64,000 nt of DNA from Geopsychrobacteraceae bacterium (GCA_963676795.2 CAXXTB010000002.1:288001-352000); one strand, 5' to 3'. Numbered from the stretch's first letter, positions 51,863 to 62,326 are shown. Program-made: numbers and translations. Notes: generated by a model from the sequence alone, not told the origin.

Positions 51863-52046
51863 GTGGGCTCCTCCTTGATCATGCGGATCTTGACCGGATC
51901 ACGCTCGTAGGTTCACTGCCGAATTACAGTGATTATGACAGGGAGGAGTCCTCTTTGTTGATGTGATTAGAATAATAGTAGATTAAGCGAGACCAAATAG
52001 GCGGTACTTTTATAATTGGCATCTTTGGTATGTAACGAACATGTAG

Positions 52047-52104
52047 GAATTTCACCGTATTTAACGATAATGGTAGTTGTAGTTCATTAAATACGGTGAA
52101 ATTC
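52047..52104. promoter_or_regulatory. 18-bp perfect inverted repeat upstream of the ubiD sigma-54 promoter
   Basis: gaatttcaccgtatttaa - 22 nt - ttaaatacggtgaaattc. Confidence 0.6.
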
Positions 52105-52149
52105 GTTTTGTTGAAGACCTGGATAGCGCAATATCAGATGTTTAGCCGA

Positions 52150-52165
52150 TGGCACGTTTTCTGCT
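52150..52165 (+). promoter_or_regulatory. Sigma-54 -24/-12 promoter
   Basis: TGGCACGTTTTCTGCT, identical to 46999-47014. Confidence 0.8.
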
Positions 52166-52323
52166 ATGGAATAGTTGTTATTGGTGGTCGATGGCTAGCA
52201 GACGACGGTCTGAACTTTCGAACGGTTGGTCGACAGGCTACTCGGTATGTCGCTGGTATAGACAGTTTCTGAGCAGGTCACTGCGGCATCGAAAGATACT
52301 TATACTGAAAGGGAGAATCAAGA

Positions 52324-53760
52324 ATGGGTTTTAGAGATTTACGCTCGTTCCTCGCCAAGTTAGAGGAAGACGGGCAGTTACTGCAATACAACGACCTGGT
52401 TGTGCCGGAGCCGGACATTCGCGCTATCGCCAAAGCTGCTGGCGATATGGGTGATACAGGGCCGGCGGTTATGATCAACAATATTCTTGGTCATAAAAAG
52501 GCAAGAATTGCGGTCAATGTTCATGGTAGCTGGGCCAATCACGCGGTCATGCTCGGAATGCCCAAGACGACGAGCCTTAAAGAGCAGTTTGTAGAGCTGG
52601 ACAAGCGCTGGGATTCCTATCCTGGTGAAATTGAGTTCGTTGACAATGCCCCATGTCAGGAAGAGGTTGTTGAAGGTGAAGATCTTAATCTTCTTGAGCT
52701 GTTACCGGTGTATAAGGTCAATGAGAACGACGGTGGTTTCTATCTGTCAAAGGCATCCGTTGTAACCGCAGATCCGGATGAGCCGGACAACCTGGATAAG
52801 GTCAATGTCGGTATCTACCGTCTCCAGGTTCAGGACAAACGGACTTTGGCGATGCAGGGCTTACCATTTCATGACATTGCCATTCATATGCGTAAAAACG
52901 AGGAACTGAACAGGCCGACTCCAATCGCCATCTGTTTGGGCGTTGAGCCGATGCTCAGCTTCATGGCCAGTACTCCACTTGCCTATGATCAATCGGAATA
53001 CAAGTTCGCTGCGGCGATTAATGGTATCCCGACCGAGTTGACCAGAGCGACCCTGTCGGGATTGCCTGTCCCTGCTGGATGTGAGTACGTTCTGGAAGGT
53101 GAGATTATTCCGCGCAAGCGTATTCCTGAAGGCCCTTTTGGTGAATTTCCTGGAAGCTATTCCGGTACGAGAAAGCAGGTTGAAATCAGGATTGATAGAG
53201 TCACTCATCGCAAGGATCCGATTTTTGAAAATCTGTATCTCGGTATTCCGTGGACTGAAATTGACACCCTGATGGGGCTGAACACCTGTGTTCCGCTCTA
53301 TAAGCAGATTCGCGAAACCATGCCTGAGGTTAAGGCTGTCAATGCAATGTATCAGCATGGCTTGACAGTTATCATTGCAACGGATCAGCGATTGGGTGGG
53401 TATGCAAAGTCGGTTGCCTTCAGACTATTCTCGACACCTCACGGAATCTCTTATTGCAAGACCTGTATTCTTGTCGATGGTGATGTCGATCCGTTTGACC
53501 TGAACCAGGTCATGTGGGCCATGTCGACTCGTCTGCGTGGCAGTAAGAGCATTATCTGCATTGAGCCAACCCCTGGTATGCCGCTCGATCCAGGCTCGGA
53601 GCCGCCTGGGATGGGGGCGAAGGTTATTATTGACTGTACGACACCGGTTGCGCCGGAGCCTCAGATGCGCGACACCATGTTGATTGAGAGGATTCCGGAA
53701 GCCGCTGAGATGCAGAAAATTCTGACTCAGATGCATGAAGCTGTTAAGGCGGGCAAGTAG
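52324..53760 (+). CDS. Non-oxidative hydroxyarylic acid decarboxylase subunit C (BsdC/ShdC/VdcC-type UbiD)
   Basis: DLRSFL, GSWANHA..LG.P, DGGFYL.KA, NVGIYR, HDIA.H, EGPFGEFPGSY, YLGIPWTEID. Confidence 0.9.
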   Translation: MGFRDLRSFLAKLEEDGQLLQYNDLVVPEPDIRAIAKAAGDMGDTGPAVMINNILGHKKARIAVNVHGSWANHAVMLGMPKTTSLKEQFVELDKRWDSYPGEIEFVDNAPCQEEVVEGEDLNLLELLPVYKVNENDGGFYLSKASVVTADPDEPDNLDKVNVGIYRLQVQDKRTLAMQGLPFHDIAIHMRKNEELNRPTPIAICLGVEPMLSFMASTPLAYDQSEYKFAAAINGIPTELTRATLSGLPVPAGCEYVLEGEIIPRKRIPEGPFGEFPGSYSGTRKQVEIRIDRVTHRKDPIFENLYLGIPWTEIDTLMGLNTCVPLYKQIRETMPEVKAVNAMYQHGLTVIIATDQRLGGYAKSVAFRLFSTPHGISYCKTCILVDGDVDPFDLNQVMWAMSTRLRGSKSIICIEPTPGMPLDPGSEPPGMGAKVIIDCTTPVAPEPQMRDTMLIERIPEAAEMQKILTQMHEAVKAGK

Positions 53761-53786
53761 ATTGAGACATGAATGGAGATAAAACG

Positions 53787-54017
53787 ATGAAATGTGTTCG
53801 TTGTTTGGAAGATAGGATTCGCATTGTTGCCGTTGCTCCTGATGGGAGCAGGGCCTGGGAAATTTACAAATGTGACCACTGTAACTACGGGTGGAGAAGT
53901 ACCGAACAAGAAACTGTAACAGTCGTTAGCAAGCGGGATCAGCGCTTTCAGATGGTTGGGGAGAACCTTGATGAATTGTTGAGCCCTTGCGTGATACCGC
54001 CTCTGAAGACATCATAG
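53787..54017 (+). CDS. Decarboxylase subunit D (BsdD/ShdD-type zinc ribbon)
   Basis: MKCVRC...W..Y.C..C.Y.WRSTE; directly after subunit C; RBS GGAG. Confidence 0.88.
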   Translation: MKCVRCLEDRIRIVAVAPDGSRAWEIYKCDHCNYGWRSTEQETVTVVSKRDQRFQMVGENLDELLSPCVIPPLKTS

Positions 54018-54209
54018 GTAGTTACCATCCAAAACTAGGTAGGCGGGTTATCCAATGCTTGCTTGTTTAAAGATTTATCATTTTCGCGCGTTCTGCCAAT
54101 CTGGGCTTCCCCTCCGCTCAGGATTGTGTGTTCCTGAGTACCGGATTGGTTGGACGCTTAAAGAAGCCCCGCTCTTAGAGCGGGGCCCATTATTTTTTGG
54201 GGACTTTTT

Positions 54210-55385
54210 ATGCAGAATATTAAAAGTGCATTCGGTTTAAAAATCGCAATACTGTCACTTTCCTTTTTGTTGATGCTGCGTATGACGATTTCACCCGCGT
54301 TGGCTGAGATCGGCAAGGCATTTCCTGCCGTCAGTCAGGAAACGCTGATGATCATGCTTGTGCTGCCGTCTCTGGTGGCAATTGTATCTGGCTTTCTGGC
54401 GGGGATTGTTTCGCATAAGTTCCGGACCAAGTTGGTTCTCTATGTGGCTTTGGTCCTGTTTCTTATCGGCGGGATGGGGCCGATTTTTGTCCACGATTTC
54501 AGGTTGATTATGTTGTGCCGCGTTATACTGGGTGTGGGAATCGGTTTTTTTCTCCCATACAGTGCCGGGCTGATTGCAACTTTTTATGAGGGGCGCGAGC
54601 GAAATCAAATGCTCGGCTTCCAGAGTGCTTCGTGTAGTATTGGAAACGTCATTACCAGCCTTGTCGCCGGGCTTCTGGCGGTACTTTCCTGGAATCTTCC
54701 TTTCCTGATCTACGGTTTTGCGTTTATTTCTCTCTTGCTGATCGTTGTGTATCTGCCCGAACCTCAAAAGGTTGGGCTGGACGGTCGGCACGGCGGCAGG
54801 TCGGTAGCGGTCAATAAGGGGGTGACCCTTGTCTGCGTCGGCGTGCTGCTTTACTCTATCCTCTATTTTGCTTTCTTTGGTTATCTGGCCTTTATTGTTG
54901 ATGCCAGTGGATTAGGGGATGCAAAAGTCTCTGGCCTGGCAACGATGTTGATGACACTCGGGGCTTTGATAATGGGCTTGTCTTTTGGGCAAATCGTAAG
55001 ATTCATGAAGTCCTATGCGCTGTTTCTTGCGTTGATTTTAAATGCTGCCGGTTTCGGTATCCTGTCGGTAGCAAATAGCCTGGGAGAGTTGTTTGCTGGA
55101 TCTTTCATCGTTGGCCTTGGCTTTGGCCTGTTGATGCCGTATGCAATGATGCGGTTGAATGAGGCTTCCGACAGGGCCGCCGTCAATTTTTCAAACGCAT
55201 TATTTATGACCGCCGTTAATATCGGAACAGCGGCAGCGCCGAAGATTCTGGTGGCTGTCGGGCAGATTTTTGGTAATGAGGATGGTCAGTTCATTTTTCA
55301 TATCTGTACAATCTGTATGTTTGGTTCAGCTGTAATTTACCTTGTCTATTCTGTGGGAACAGCTTTGAGGAGTAGGGCATATTAG
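54210..55385 (+). CDS. MFS transporter
   Basis: 391 aa, 12-TM pattern, CRVILGVGIG, ER...LG motifs; follows the decarboxylase genes. Confidence 0.88.
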   Translation: MQNIKSAFGLKIAILSLSFLLMLRMTISPALAEIGKAFPAVSQETLMIMLVLPSLVAIVSGFLAGIVSHKFRTKLVLYVALVLFLIGGMGPIFVHDFRLIMLCRVILGVGIGFFLPYSAGLIATFYEGRERNQMLGFQSASCSIGNVITSLVAGLLAVLSWNLPFLIYGFAFISLLLIVVYLPEPQKVGLDGRHGGRSVAVNKGVTLVCVGVLLYSILYFAFFGYLAFIVDASGLGDAKVSGLATMLMTLGALIMGLSFGQIVRFMKSYALFLALILNAAGFGILSVANSLGELFAGSFIVGLGFGLLMPYAMMRLNEASDRAAVNFSNALFMTAVNIGTAAAPKILVAVGQIFGNEDGQFIFHICTICMFGSAVIYLVYSVGTALRSRAY

Positions 55386-55673
55386 TCGAAAGGCGGCATT
55401 GTCTGAATATTTGTCCGTCGGGCAGGAAGGGTTGGCCGACGGACAGTGCACGGCGCTGGTCAGCGAGAATCTGGAAAGGTTTGTCATAAAGTGCGGCTGT
55501 GATTTAGCTCGGAAATCGCAGGTTCGTATAGGCCATGCGCAATACATTCGAGACCTGTATTCGGTTTTACGGGTTGTTGGCGATCCCAATATCATCCTGA
55601 TTATCGCCCGGTGCGTACAGGATTATTTAACCAGTGATGTCAGTCATGACGATACCGAGTGGCACTCTCACGG

Positions 55674-57695
55674 TCAGGTCGAGGCGGTCTGAGAGTTCTC
55701 GCTGCTCAGAGCATTACGGATGACTTTTGATATCGTATTCGCTCGGAAGGGTTTATGGACATAGGCTTTGATTCCTAAACGCTTTGCTTGCTCTTCTGAA
55801 ACTGTAGCTGAATAACCTGTTGTTAGTATGAATGGTATGTCAGGTCGTATTGAAAACATTCTTTCCGCCAGTGCTGCTCCGGTTATATTAGGCATTGTCT
55901 GGTCTGAAATAACCAGATCAAAGCTTTGAGGATTGCAGGAAAAAAGCTCAAGGGCATTTTTGCTGTCGATGACCACCGTCACTTTGTATCCAAGGGTCTC
56001 AAGTATTTCCTTCGCGATTTTAGCAACTATTTCATCGTCGTCGACATAGAGGATCCTTTCACTTCCTGTGAGAGGTTCTTTGCGATCAACGGCTAATTCC
56101 TGCGAAGGTTCATCCTGTTCTTCAATAGGTAGAAAAATGTTGAAGGTGCATCCTTTGCCTTTTTGGCTTTCAAGGGTGATAAAGCCATCGTAGCTTTTGA
56201 CAATGCTATGAACCATGGAGAGACCGAGGCCGGTGCCTTTTCCCTCCTCTTTGGTTGTGAAAAAGGGGTCAAATATGCGTTCTTGATTCTTTTTGTCAAT
56301 CCCTGGTCCGTCGTCGGCGACCGACATGCAAAGGTAGCGACCTGAATGCTGATTCTGATTATTTTGCTCCACTTCTGAAAGATTGATATGAATTTTCCCT
56401 CCGCTGTCTTCAAGGGCATGAAAAGCATTGATGCATAGGTTTATTAAGATCTGGTTTATTTTTACCGGGTCAGCGCGGAGATAGACCCCTTGAATCGAAG
56501 AGCTTTCTTGTATTTCGATGTTTGCCGGGATTATGGAACGCAGCATTTTTAAGGTTTCTTTGGTTAGGCTAAGGGGAGATATAGTGACACATTCAGAATC
56601 TGTTGGTCGGCTAAAGGTCAAAATTTGCTGAATTAATTCGCTTGCTCTGCTTCCTGAACTCAGGATGCCGTCAAGATCCTCTTCGAGTTTATTTCTTGAG
56701 TCTGTATGCAGTTTTGCAAGCTCTGTGCGACCGATGATCGCCGATAGAATATTGTTGAAATCGTGTGCTATCCCACCTGCGAGAGTTCCGATTGTTTCCA
56801 GTTTTTGTGATTGAAGAAGCGCGTGTTCCAGCCGTTTTTTTTCGGTAATGTCACGGATAAAAACGCAGATGCGGCCGTTAAGATCATTGAAATGGGTGGT
56901 GTTGATTTCAACGTCGATCTGTCGACCGTCTTTGCAGGTGTAAATCGATTCAAAGTGGTCCGAGCCTTTTGCTGTCGCGAATTTGATGCGTTGGGTGATA
57001 CATTCCTGGTCAACAATTAATTCAAGGTCTGCAATGCTCATCCGGAGAAGTTCCTTCTCTGAATAGCCAGTCATGAGACAGAACGCAGGATTGACTTCGG
57101 TGAAATTTCCAACCGAGTCGATAAGAAAAAAGCCATCAGCGATTGCCGTAAGGATGCTGCTATATTCCTGCTCCTTGATTTTGCTTCTTTCTTCAAGCTT
57201 TTTCTTCTGGGTTATGTCTAGATTTGTCCCGCTGACTCGTAACGGTTTTCCCTTGCTGTCCCGATCGGTTATTTTTCCCCTGCCGAGCATCCAGCGTGAA
57301 TTCCCAAGGTTGTCAACGAGTGGGTATTCTTTTTCGAAGCTGTCGTAGCGATCATTGGCTAAATCATTCAGGGTTGCTGTGAACTCATCAAAAGTATCCC
57401 TATTTGCAGGATATAGATAACTTTCATGCTCAATCAGGGGCGATGTGTCAGGTTGGTCATGATATCCAAGTTGGTCGAGCCATTTTCTGTCAAAGGTAAT
57501 AGTATCCTGGGAAATATTCCATTCCCAGGTTCCAATGTCGGCTGCCGCTAGTGCGAGTGTGGTCCGGGTAAGTTTTTGCCGGATGTTTTGTGTTTTGAGG
57601 TAGAAAATCCATAGGCAAAGTATCAGGAAAAAGAGAGTGACGGATAGTACTACAGTCAATGTGTTAAGCTCTGAAAGGTTAGAGAGGGACGGCAT
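55674..57695 (-). CDS. PAS-domain hybrid sensor histidine kinase / response regulator
   Basis: One TM, two PAS regions, GGIAHDFNN H-box, DDGPG, FDPFFTTK, GTGLGL, receiver VDDD..SDQTMP..KP. Confidence 0.92.
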   Translation of the reverse strand: MPSLSNLSELNTLTVVLSVTLFFLILCLWIFYLKTQNIRQKLTRTTLALAAADIGTWEWNISQDTITFDRKWLDQLGYHDQPDTSPLIEHESYLYPANRDTFDEFTATLNDLANDRYDSFEKEYPLVDNLGNSRWMLGRGKITDRDSKGKPLRVSGTNLDITQKKKLEERSKIKEQEYSSILTAIADGFFLIDSVGNFTEVNPAFCLMTGYSEKELLRMSIADLELIVDQECITQRIKFATAKGSDHFESIYTCKDGRQIDVEINTTHFNDLNGRICVFIRDITEKKRLEHALLQSQKLETIGTLAGGIAHDFNNILSAIIGRTELAKLHTDSRNKLEEDLDGILSSGSRASELIQQILTFSRPTDSECVTISPLSLTKETLKMLRSIIPANIEIQESSSIQGVYLRADPVKINQILINLCINAFHALEDSGGKIHINLSEVEQNNQNQHSGRYLCMSVADDGPGIDKKNQERIFDPFFTTKEEGKGTGLGLSMVHSIVKSYDGFITLESQKGKGCTFNIFLPIEEQDEPSQELAVDRKEPLTGSERILYVDDDEIVAKIAKEILETLGYKVTVVIDSKNALELFSCNPQSFDLVISDQTMPNITGAALAERMFSIRPDIPFILTTGYSATVSEEQAKRLGIKAYVHKPFRANTISKVIRNALSSENSQTAST

Positions 57696-57921
57696 GAGCT
57701 CCTCCAGAGTGCTTATGCGGGACAAGGTTGAGGCATGAATGTCTGCAGCCTGGCAGGAAGTTGTGTTGATGAATATACATATCCCTGTACCTCAACTCCG
57801 GTAGCTTTGCTCTGACTAGAATTTTAACATATTTCAAGCAGTGTTGTGGTGCTGCAATGTTATTTTGAGAGGCGTTGGAGGAGCGCCAGCTATCCGCTTG
57901 TCATGGTTTCAGGCATTAATC

Positions 57922-59472
57922 TTAGTGTCTGTTTTTATTATTTTGGTTTTGCTTGATGCCCAGTTTTGCCATTTTGCTTCTCAATGTGTTGGGATTTAAT
58001 TTCAGCATTTCAGCGGCGCTTGCAGGCCCGCTGATTTTTCCCTCGGCCAAATCAAGCGCATAGAGAATGTGTTGTTTTATCATCTCTTCAAGCGTCTCAA
58101 TCTGACCTGAGTGAACGTTTTTGTTTCTGGGCTGATCAGGGACTCCCTGCAAGCCGTTAAATTCTAAAGGGCCACTGGGATGGAGAATCAGTTCTCTTTC
58201 GACGAGGTTTTCTAACTCTCTAACATTGCCTGGCCATGAATAATTCATGAGGCGAGTTATGGCACCGGTTCTTATTGTCGGAGATTTTGGCAAATTCATT
58301 TTTTTTGCCAGTTTTTCAACAAGGAACCTGATCAGCTCAGGGATATCTTCACTGCGATGGCGTAGTGGGGGGACAGTTATCGGGAAGACATTAAGTCGAA
58401 AAAGCAGATCCTCGCGGAACTCTCCGCTGGCAACCATTTCACTCAGATTTCTGTGCGTTGCGGCAATAACCCTTATGTCGACAGATATCGTCGACTTACC
58501 CCCGACACGTTCAATCTCTTTGTTTTGTAATACCCGCAGCAGGCGCACCTGGGCCGCCAGGGAGAGTTCACCAATTTCATCGAGGAAAATCGTTCCTCCG
58601 TTGGCACGCTCAAATCGCCCTTTCTGGGATGTTCCAGCGCCGGTAAATGCCCCTTTCTCAAAACCGAAAAGTTCACTGTCGATCAGGGAGTCAGGTATCG
58701 CTCCACAATTGATCTTGATATAAGGGGCTCCGGACCGTTCAGAAGATTCCTGAATGGCGTCGGCTATCAGTTCTTTGCCAACTCCTGTTTCACCCAATAT
58801 GAGGACGGGTGCGTCAACCTTTGAAATTTGCCTGACTGCGTAAACTATATTTTTGAGACCGGACTCCGCGCCGATGATTTTGTGGGTCTGTTGCTGTTTC
58901 AGTTCATTGCTGAGAAAACGGTTCTCGTCGGCCAGTTCAAGGGCCCTGATTTCCTGGCTGAAATAGCTCACTGAAAGGGTGTTGACCAGGCACATTGTCT
59001 CAGCAAGCATCTCGATTAGTTCAATATGTTCCTGAGTGTAACGATCGCTGCCATTGGCATAAAAGCCGGTATAGCCGATTGCCAGGTTATTGTTGATGTT
59101 GTAGCGCAAGAGGATCGCGGAGCCGAGTTGGGGACTCAGTTGCTTCTTGATGTAGCTGATGAATGGACGTCCGAGGTCATATTGCTGTAGTGAATTCAGA
59201 ATGATGGCATTGCGATCAAATGTCTTTTCGTAGAAAAGTTTGACTTTTTCGGATAGTGAAATGGTGGCGTTCGGGCGCTGTACTTCACTATCTGTTCTGA
59301 GCGTTCTGATGAGTAGCGACCGCTCTCTGCGGCTGTATTCCGTGTGGATCAGAGCGTCAAGTGGCATAACGCTGCTCATGTACTGATAAAACGCTTCTAT
59401 TGCCTTGCCAATGTCTGTGGTGCTTGTCAGCCGTTGTGTTGCCTCTTTGTAAAACTTCGATTTGTCTATCAT
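57922..59472 (-). CDS. Sigma-54-dependent activator (GAF-like sensor, AAA+, HTH; FhlA-like)
   Basis: GETGVGKE, GAFTGA, FLDEIGEL, FREDLLFRLNV, WPGNVREL, C-terminal HTH. Confidence 0.93.
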   Translation of the reverse strand: MIDKSKFYKEATQRLTSTTDIGKAIEAFYQYMSSVMPLDALIHTEYSRRERSLLIRTLRTDSEVQRPNATISLSEKVKLFYEKTFDRNAIILNSLQQYDLGRPFISYIKKQLSPQLGSAILLRYNINNNLAIGYTGFYANGSDRYTQEHIELIEMLAETMCLVNTLSVSYFSQEIRALELADENRFLSNELKQQQTHKIIGAESGLKNIVYAVRQISKVDAPVLILGETGVGKELIADAIQESSERSGAPYIKINCGAIPDSLIDSELFGFEKGAFTGAGTSQKGRFERANGGTIFLDEIGELSLAAQVRLLRVLQNKEIERVGGKSTISVDIRVIAATHRNLSEMVASGEFREDLLFRLNVFPITVPPLRHRSEDIPELIRFLVEKLAKKMNLPKSPTIRTGAITRLMNYSWPGNVRELENLVERELILHPSGPLEFNGLQGVPDQPRNKNVHSGQIETLEEMIKQHILYALDLAEGKISGPASAAEMLKLNPNTLRSKMAKLGIKQNQNNKNRH

Positions 59473-59900
59473 CTCTGAATGTCTTCTTTCTGCTGCGTTA
59501 ACAGAAGTTGTGCCATCGATTCTTGAGTCGCTCGACCAAACATGTCAATCATCATATTTCGTGATTACTTCTGGGTCAAGTTTGATGTGTAGATGCCTCG
59601 GAAAATGTGTATGTGCCTTTTTTAGCCGGGACCTTTATCTGGCGAAGATAAATTTCAGCATTGCTTTAACTGTAAGACAATAAAAGTTATTTCAGTTGCT
59701 CTTGTGTGGAGTGAATTGATCTTTTTGATTTCACTGTTGGTGTGATTTCGTCTTTGTGCTGTGAAGTCTGAGCTCTCTCTGAGATGGTTTTCTTAGCAAG
59801 ATCGTTTTATTGAACGAAGTTTATTTCATTTTTCGGAGATGTTTAAACGAAATAAAACAACTTTCGGCATGAAACCCTTGAAAATCGCGGTTCTGAACAA

Positions 59901-59916
59901 TGGCACAGTTTCTGCT
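59901..59916 (+). promoter_or_regulatory. Sigma-54 -24/-12 promoter
   Basis: TGGCACAGTTTCTGCT, upstream of the beta-oxidation operon and divergent from the activator gene. Confidence 0.78.
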
Positions 59917-60286
59917 CTAGTACGGTGAAGAAACCTGGCGGCTTCTACTTGGGCTCCATTTTTCTTTGTGCTTGTGCTGAGACTGTCAGGCTGAAAACGA
60001 CGATAAGCTGAAGGTTTCACGTTGTTTCAGGATGTCTTTATTTGTAGAGACGGTTGGACGCCCAGACTGCTCTGAGTCAATTGCCAGATGAGATGCCTCG
60101 TCTCAAAGGTGCGAAAAAATAAAGTTTTAGACGCAGCTATATAATGAAATAGCGTTTTTCATTGTTTGTGCTTATTGGCAATAGCTGCCCCGCAGTGTTT
60201 ATAGAGTGATTTAGGTTTCAGTGGCCGCAAGCTCAAGCTTTACCCATAACTTAAAAAATGGACCTAAGGAACCAGAGGAGGAAATG

Positions 60287-62326
60287 ATGTCAAATACGTA
60301 CAATGTTGCAGTTATTGGTGCTGGCAATATGGGCAGTGGTATAGCTCAGAAAATGGCACAGGAAGGGCTCAATGTCACATTGGTTGACATGAATGAAGCC
60401 GCAGTTGAGCGCGGTCTGGGTATCATCCGCAAGATGCTTGATGAGGGTGTTTCTCGCAAGGTTCTAACCCAAGAACAGATGGATGCCACTTTGACACGAG
60501 TCAAGCCGACGACTTCATATGAAGATGTAAAAGATGTCGATTTGGTTGTTGAGGCGATTTTCGAGGATCTGAAGATCAAGGGGGACCTGTTCGAGAAACT
60601 GGACGGCATCTGTAACCCCAAAACTATCTTTGCAACCAACACTTCAAGTTTCTACGTTCGCGATCTGGCTGCGCGCACCAAGCGTCCTGACCGTGTTGTC
60701 GGTATGCATTACTTTTTCCATCCAGCCAAGAACCGTCTGCTTGAGGTTATTCCTCATGAAGGTGTCAGCGAAGAAACCATGGAGACTGCTCTGCTGATCG
60801 GCAGGCTTCACGGTAAAACCAACATCGTTGTTGCTGACGCTCCTGGCTTCTGTGTCAATCGTTTCTTTGTTCCATTCCTGATGCTGTCCATTCGTGCGCT
60901 AGAAGAGGGCATTGCCGATATCCCTACTATCGAAGAAGCCGCCAAGCGAGCCTTCAAGATTGGCATGGGGCCATTTGAGCTGATGAACGTTACCGGTATT
61001 CCGATTGCTCTGCATGCCGCGACGACTTTGAAAAATGAACTCAGTGCTTTCTATGCACCACCGCAGCTCCTCGCCGCCCAGGTTGACTGCCGTGAACTCT
61101 GGAACCTCGAAGGTAATGTTGATGAAGCAAAAATTGAAGAAGTCAGCGGCTACCTGTTGGGTGGAACCCTTGGTGTCGCGTGTCAGTTGGTCGATGAGAA
61201 GGTTGCTTCTATCGAAGATACCGACCGTGGCGCCAAAATCGGCCTGCGATGGAGTCTTGGTCCATTCGAGCTGATCAACCGGATGGGTGTCGACAAGATC
61301 TATGACTGTGTCGATGCGATCTGCAAGCGTTACCCGACCTTCAAGATGCCACAGCTTCTTGCTGATCAGAAGGCCGCTGGAAAACCTTTCGAGTTCAACT
61401 TTGTCGATCTTGAAGTCAAGGGTGATGTCGCATATATCACCGTCAACCGTCCTGAAGCAATGAATGCGCTCAACCCGGTTGTTGTTGACCAGCTCGAATC
61501 GCGCTTCAATGAGGCTGAAGAGAACGACGCTGTTAAGGCTATTGCAATTCAGGGAGCCGGTAAGGCTTTTATCGCCGGTGCGGATATCAAGTTTTTCATC
61601 GATAACATTAAGAACAACACCCTGCATATCAATCAGGAGTTCACCGCGAAGGGACACCGTCTGCTGCGTCGTTTTGAAACCTCTCCCAAGCTGACCATTG
61701 CCATTCTTGACGGCCTCTCTCTCGGCGGCGGTAGTGAGCTGGCTCTGTCCTGTCAGGCGATTGTCGCAACACCAAACGGCTCAATGGGCTTTCCTGAAAC
61801 CGGTATCGGCATCTATCCGGGTCTCGGTGGCATGCTGCGTTTCGAACGCCATGTCGGTCCTGAACTGGCCAAGTATTTTGTCTTTACCGGCAAAAGCATT
61901 AAAGCTGAGGAGGCACTTGAGCTGGGAATTGTCACCAAGCTGACTGAACCGGCCAATCTTGAGTCGGCAATTCGTGAGGTTGTAGAAACCGGTTCTTTCG
62001 ACAAGTACGCTGAACGGGAAATTCCTGCGAAATACAACGATCACATCAAGGCCTTTGGCGATTCTAACATCAGTAAGGTTGTTAATCGCGAGGCGCCAGC
62101 AGGAGTTGATGCCGAATTCGCCAAGAAAACAGGCTCGATTCTGGCGAAGAAGGCACCGATTGCCCTGCGAATTGCCAATGAACTGATCGATGCTCAGAGC
62201 AAGGTTGATATTCCCAAGGCTATTGATCTTGAACTCGCCCGTCTTGAAGAAATGTTCACAACTGAAGACGCCTTGACTGGTCTGACAACACGCCCGGGTA
62301 AGCCTATCGAGTTCCAGAACAAATAA
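60287..62326 (+). CDS. 3-hydroxyacyl-CoA dehydrogenase / enoyl-CoA hydratase fusion, copy 2
   Basis: GAGNMGSGIA, VVEAIFE, ATNTSS, HYFFHP, GF.VNR; crotonase AFIAGADI, GGGSELA, PETGIGIYPG; start after AGGAGG. Confidence 0.92.
   Translation: MSNTYNVAVIGAGNMGSGIAQKMAQEGLNVTLVDMNEAAVERGLGIIRKMLDEGVSRKVLTQEQMDATLTRVKPTTSYEDVKDVDLVVEAIFEDLKIKGDLFEKLDGICNPKTIFATNTSSFYVRDLAARTKRPDRVVGMHYFFHPAKNRLLEVIPHEGVSEETMETALLIGRLHGKTNIVVADAPGFCVNRFFVPFLMLSIRALEEGIADIPTIEEAAKRAFKIGMGPFELMNVTGIPIALHAATTLKNELSAFYAPPQLLAAQVDCRELWNLEGNVDEAKIEEVSGYLLGGTLGVACQLVDEKVASIEDTDRGAKIGLRWSLGPFELINRMGVDKIYDCVDAICKRYPTFKMPQLLADQKAAGKPFEFNFVDLEVKGDVAYITVNRPEAMNALNPVVVDQLESRFNEAEENDAVKAIAIQGAGKAFIAGADIKFFIDNIKNNTLHINQEFTAKGHRLLRRFETSPKLTIAILDGLSLGGGSELALSCQAIVATPNGSMGFPETGIGIYPGLGGMLRFERHVGPELAKYFVFTGKSIKAEEALELGIVTKLTEPANLESAIREVVETGSFDKYAEREIPAKYNDHIKAFGDSNISKVVNREAPAGVDAEFAKKTGSILAKKAPIALRIANELIDAQSKVDIPKAIDLELARLEEMFTTEDALTGLTTRPGKPIEFQNK

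Noticed and set aside
59500..59515. Minus-strand TGGCACAACTTCTGTT before the activator gene
   Set aside because: The -12 element reads GT instead of GC; too weak to call a promoter.
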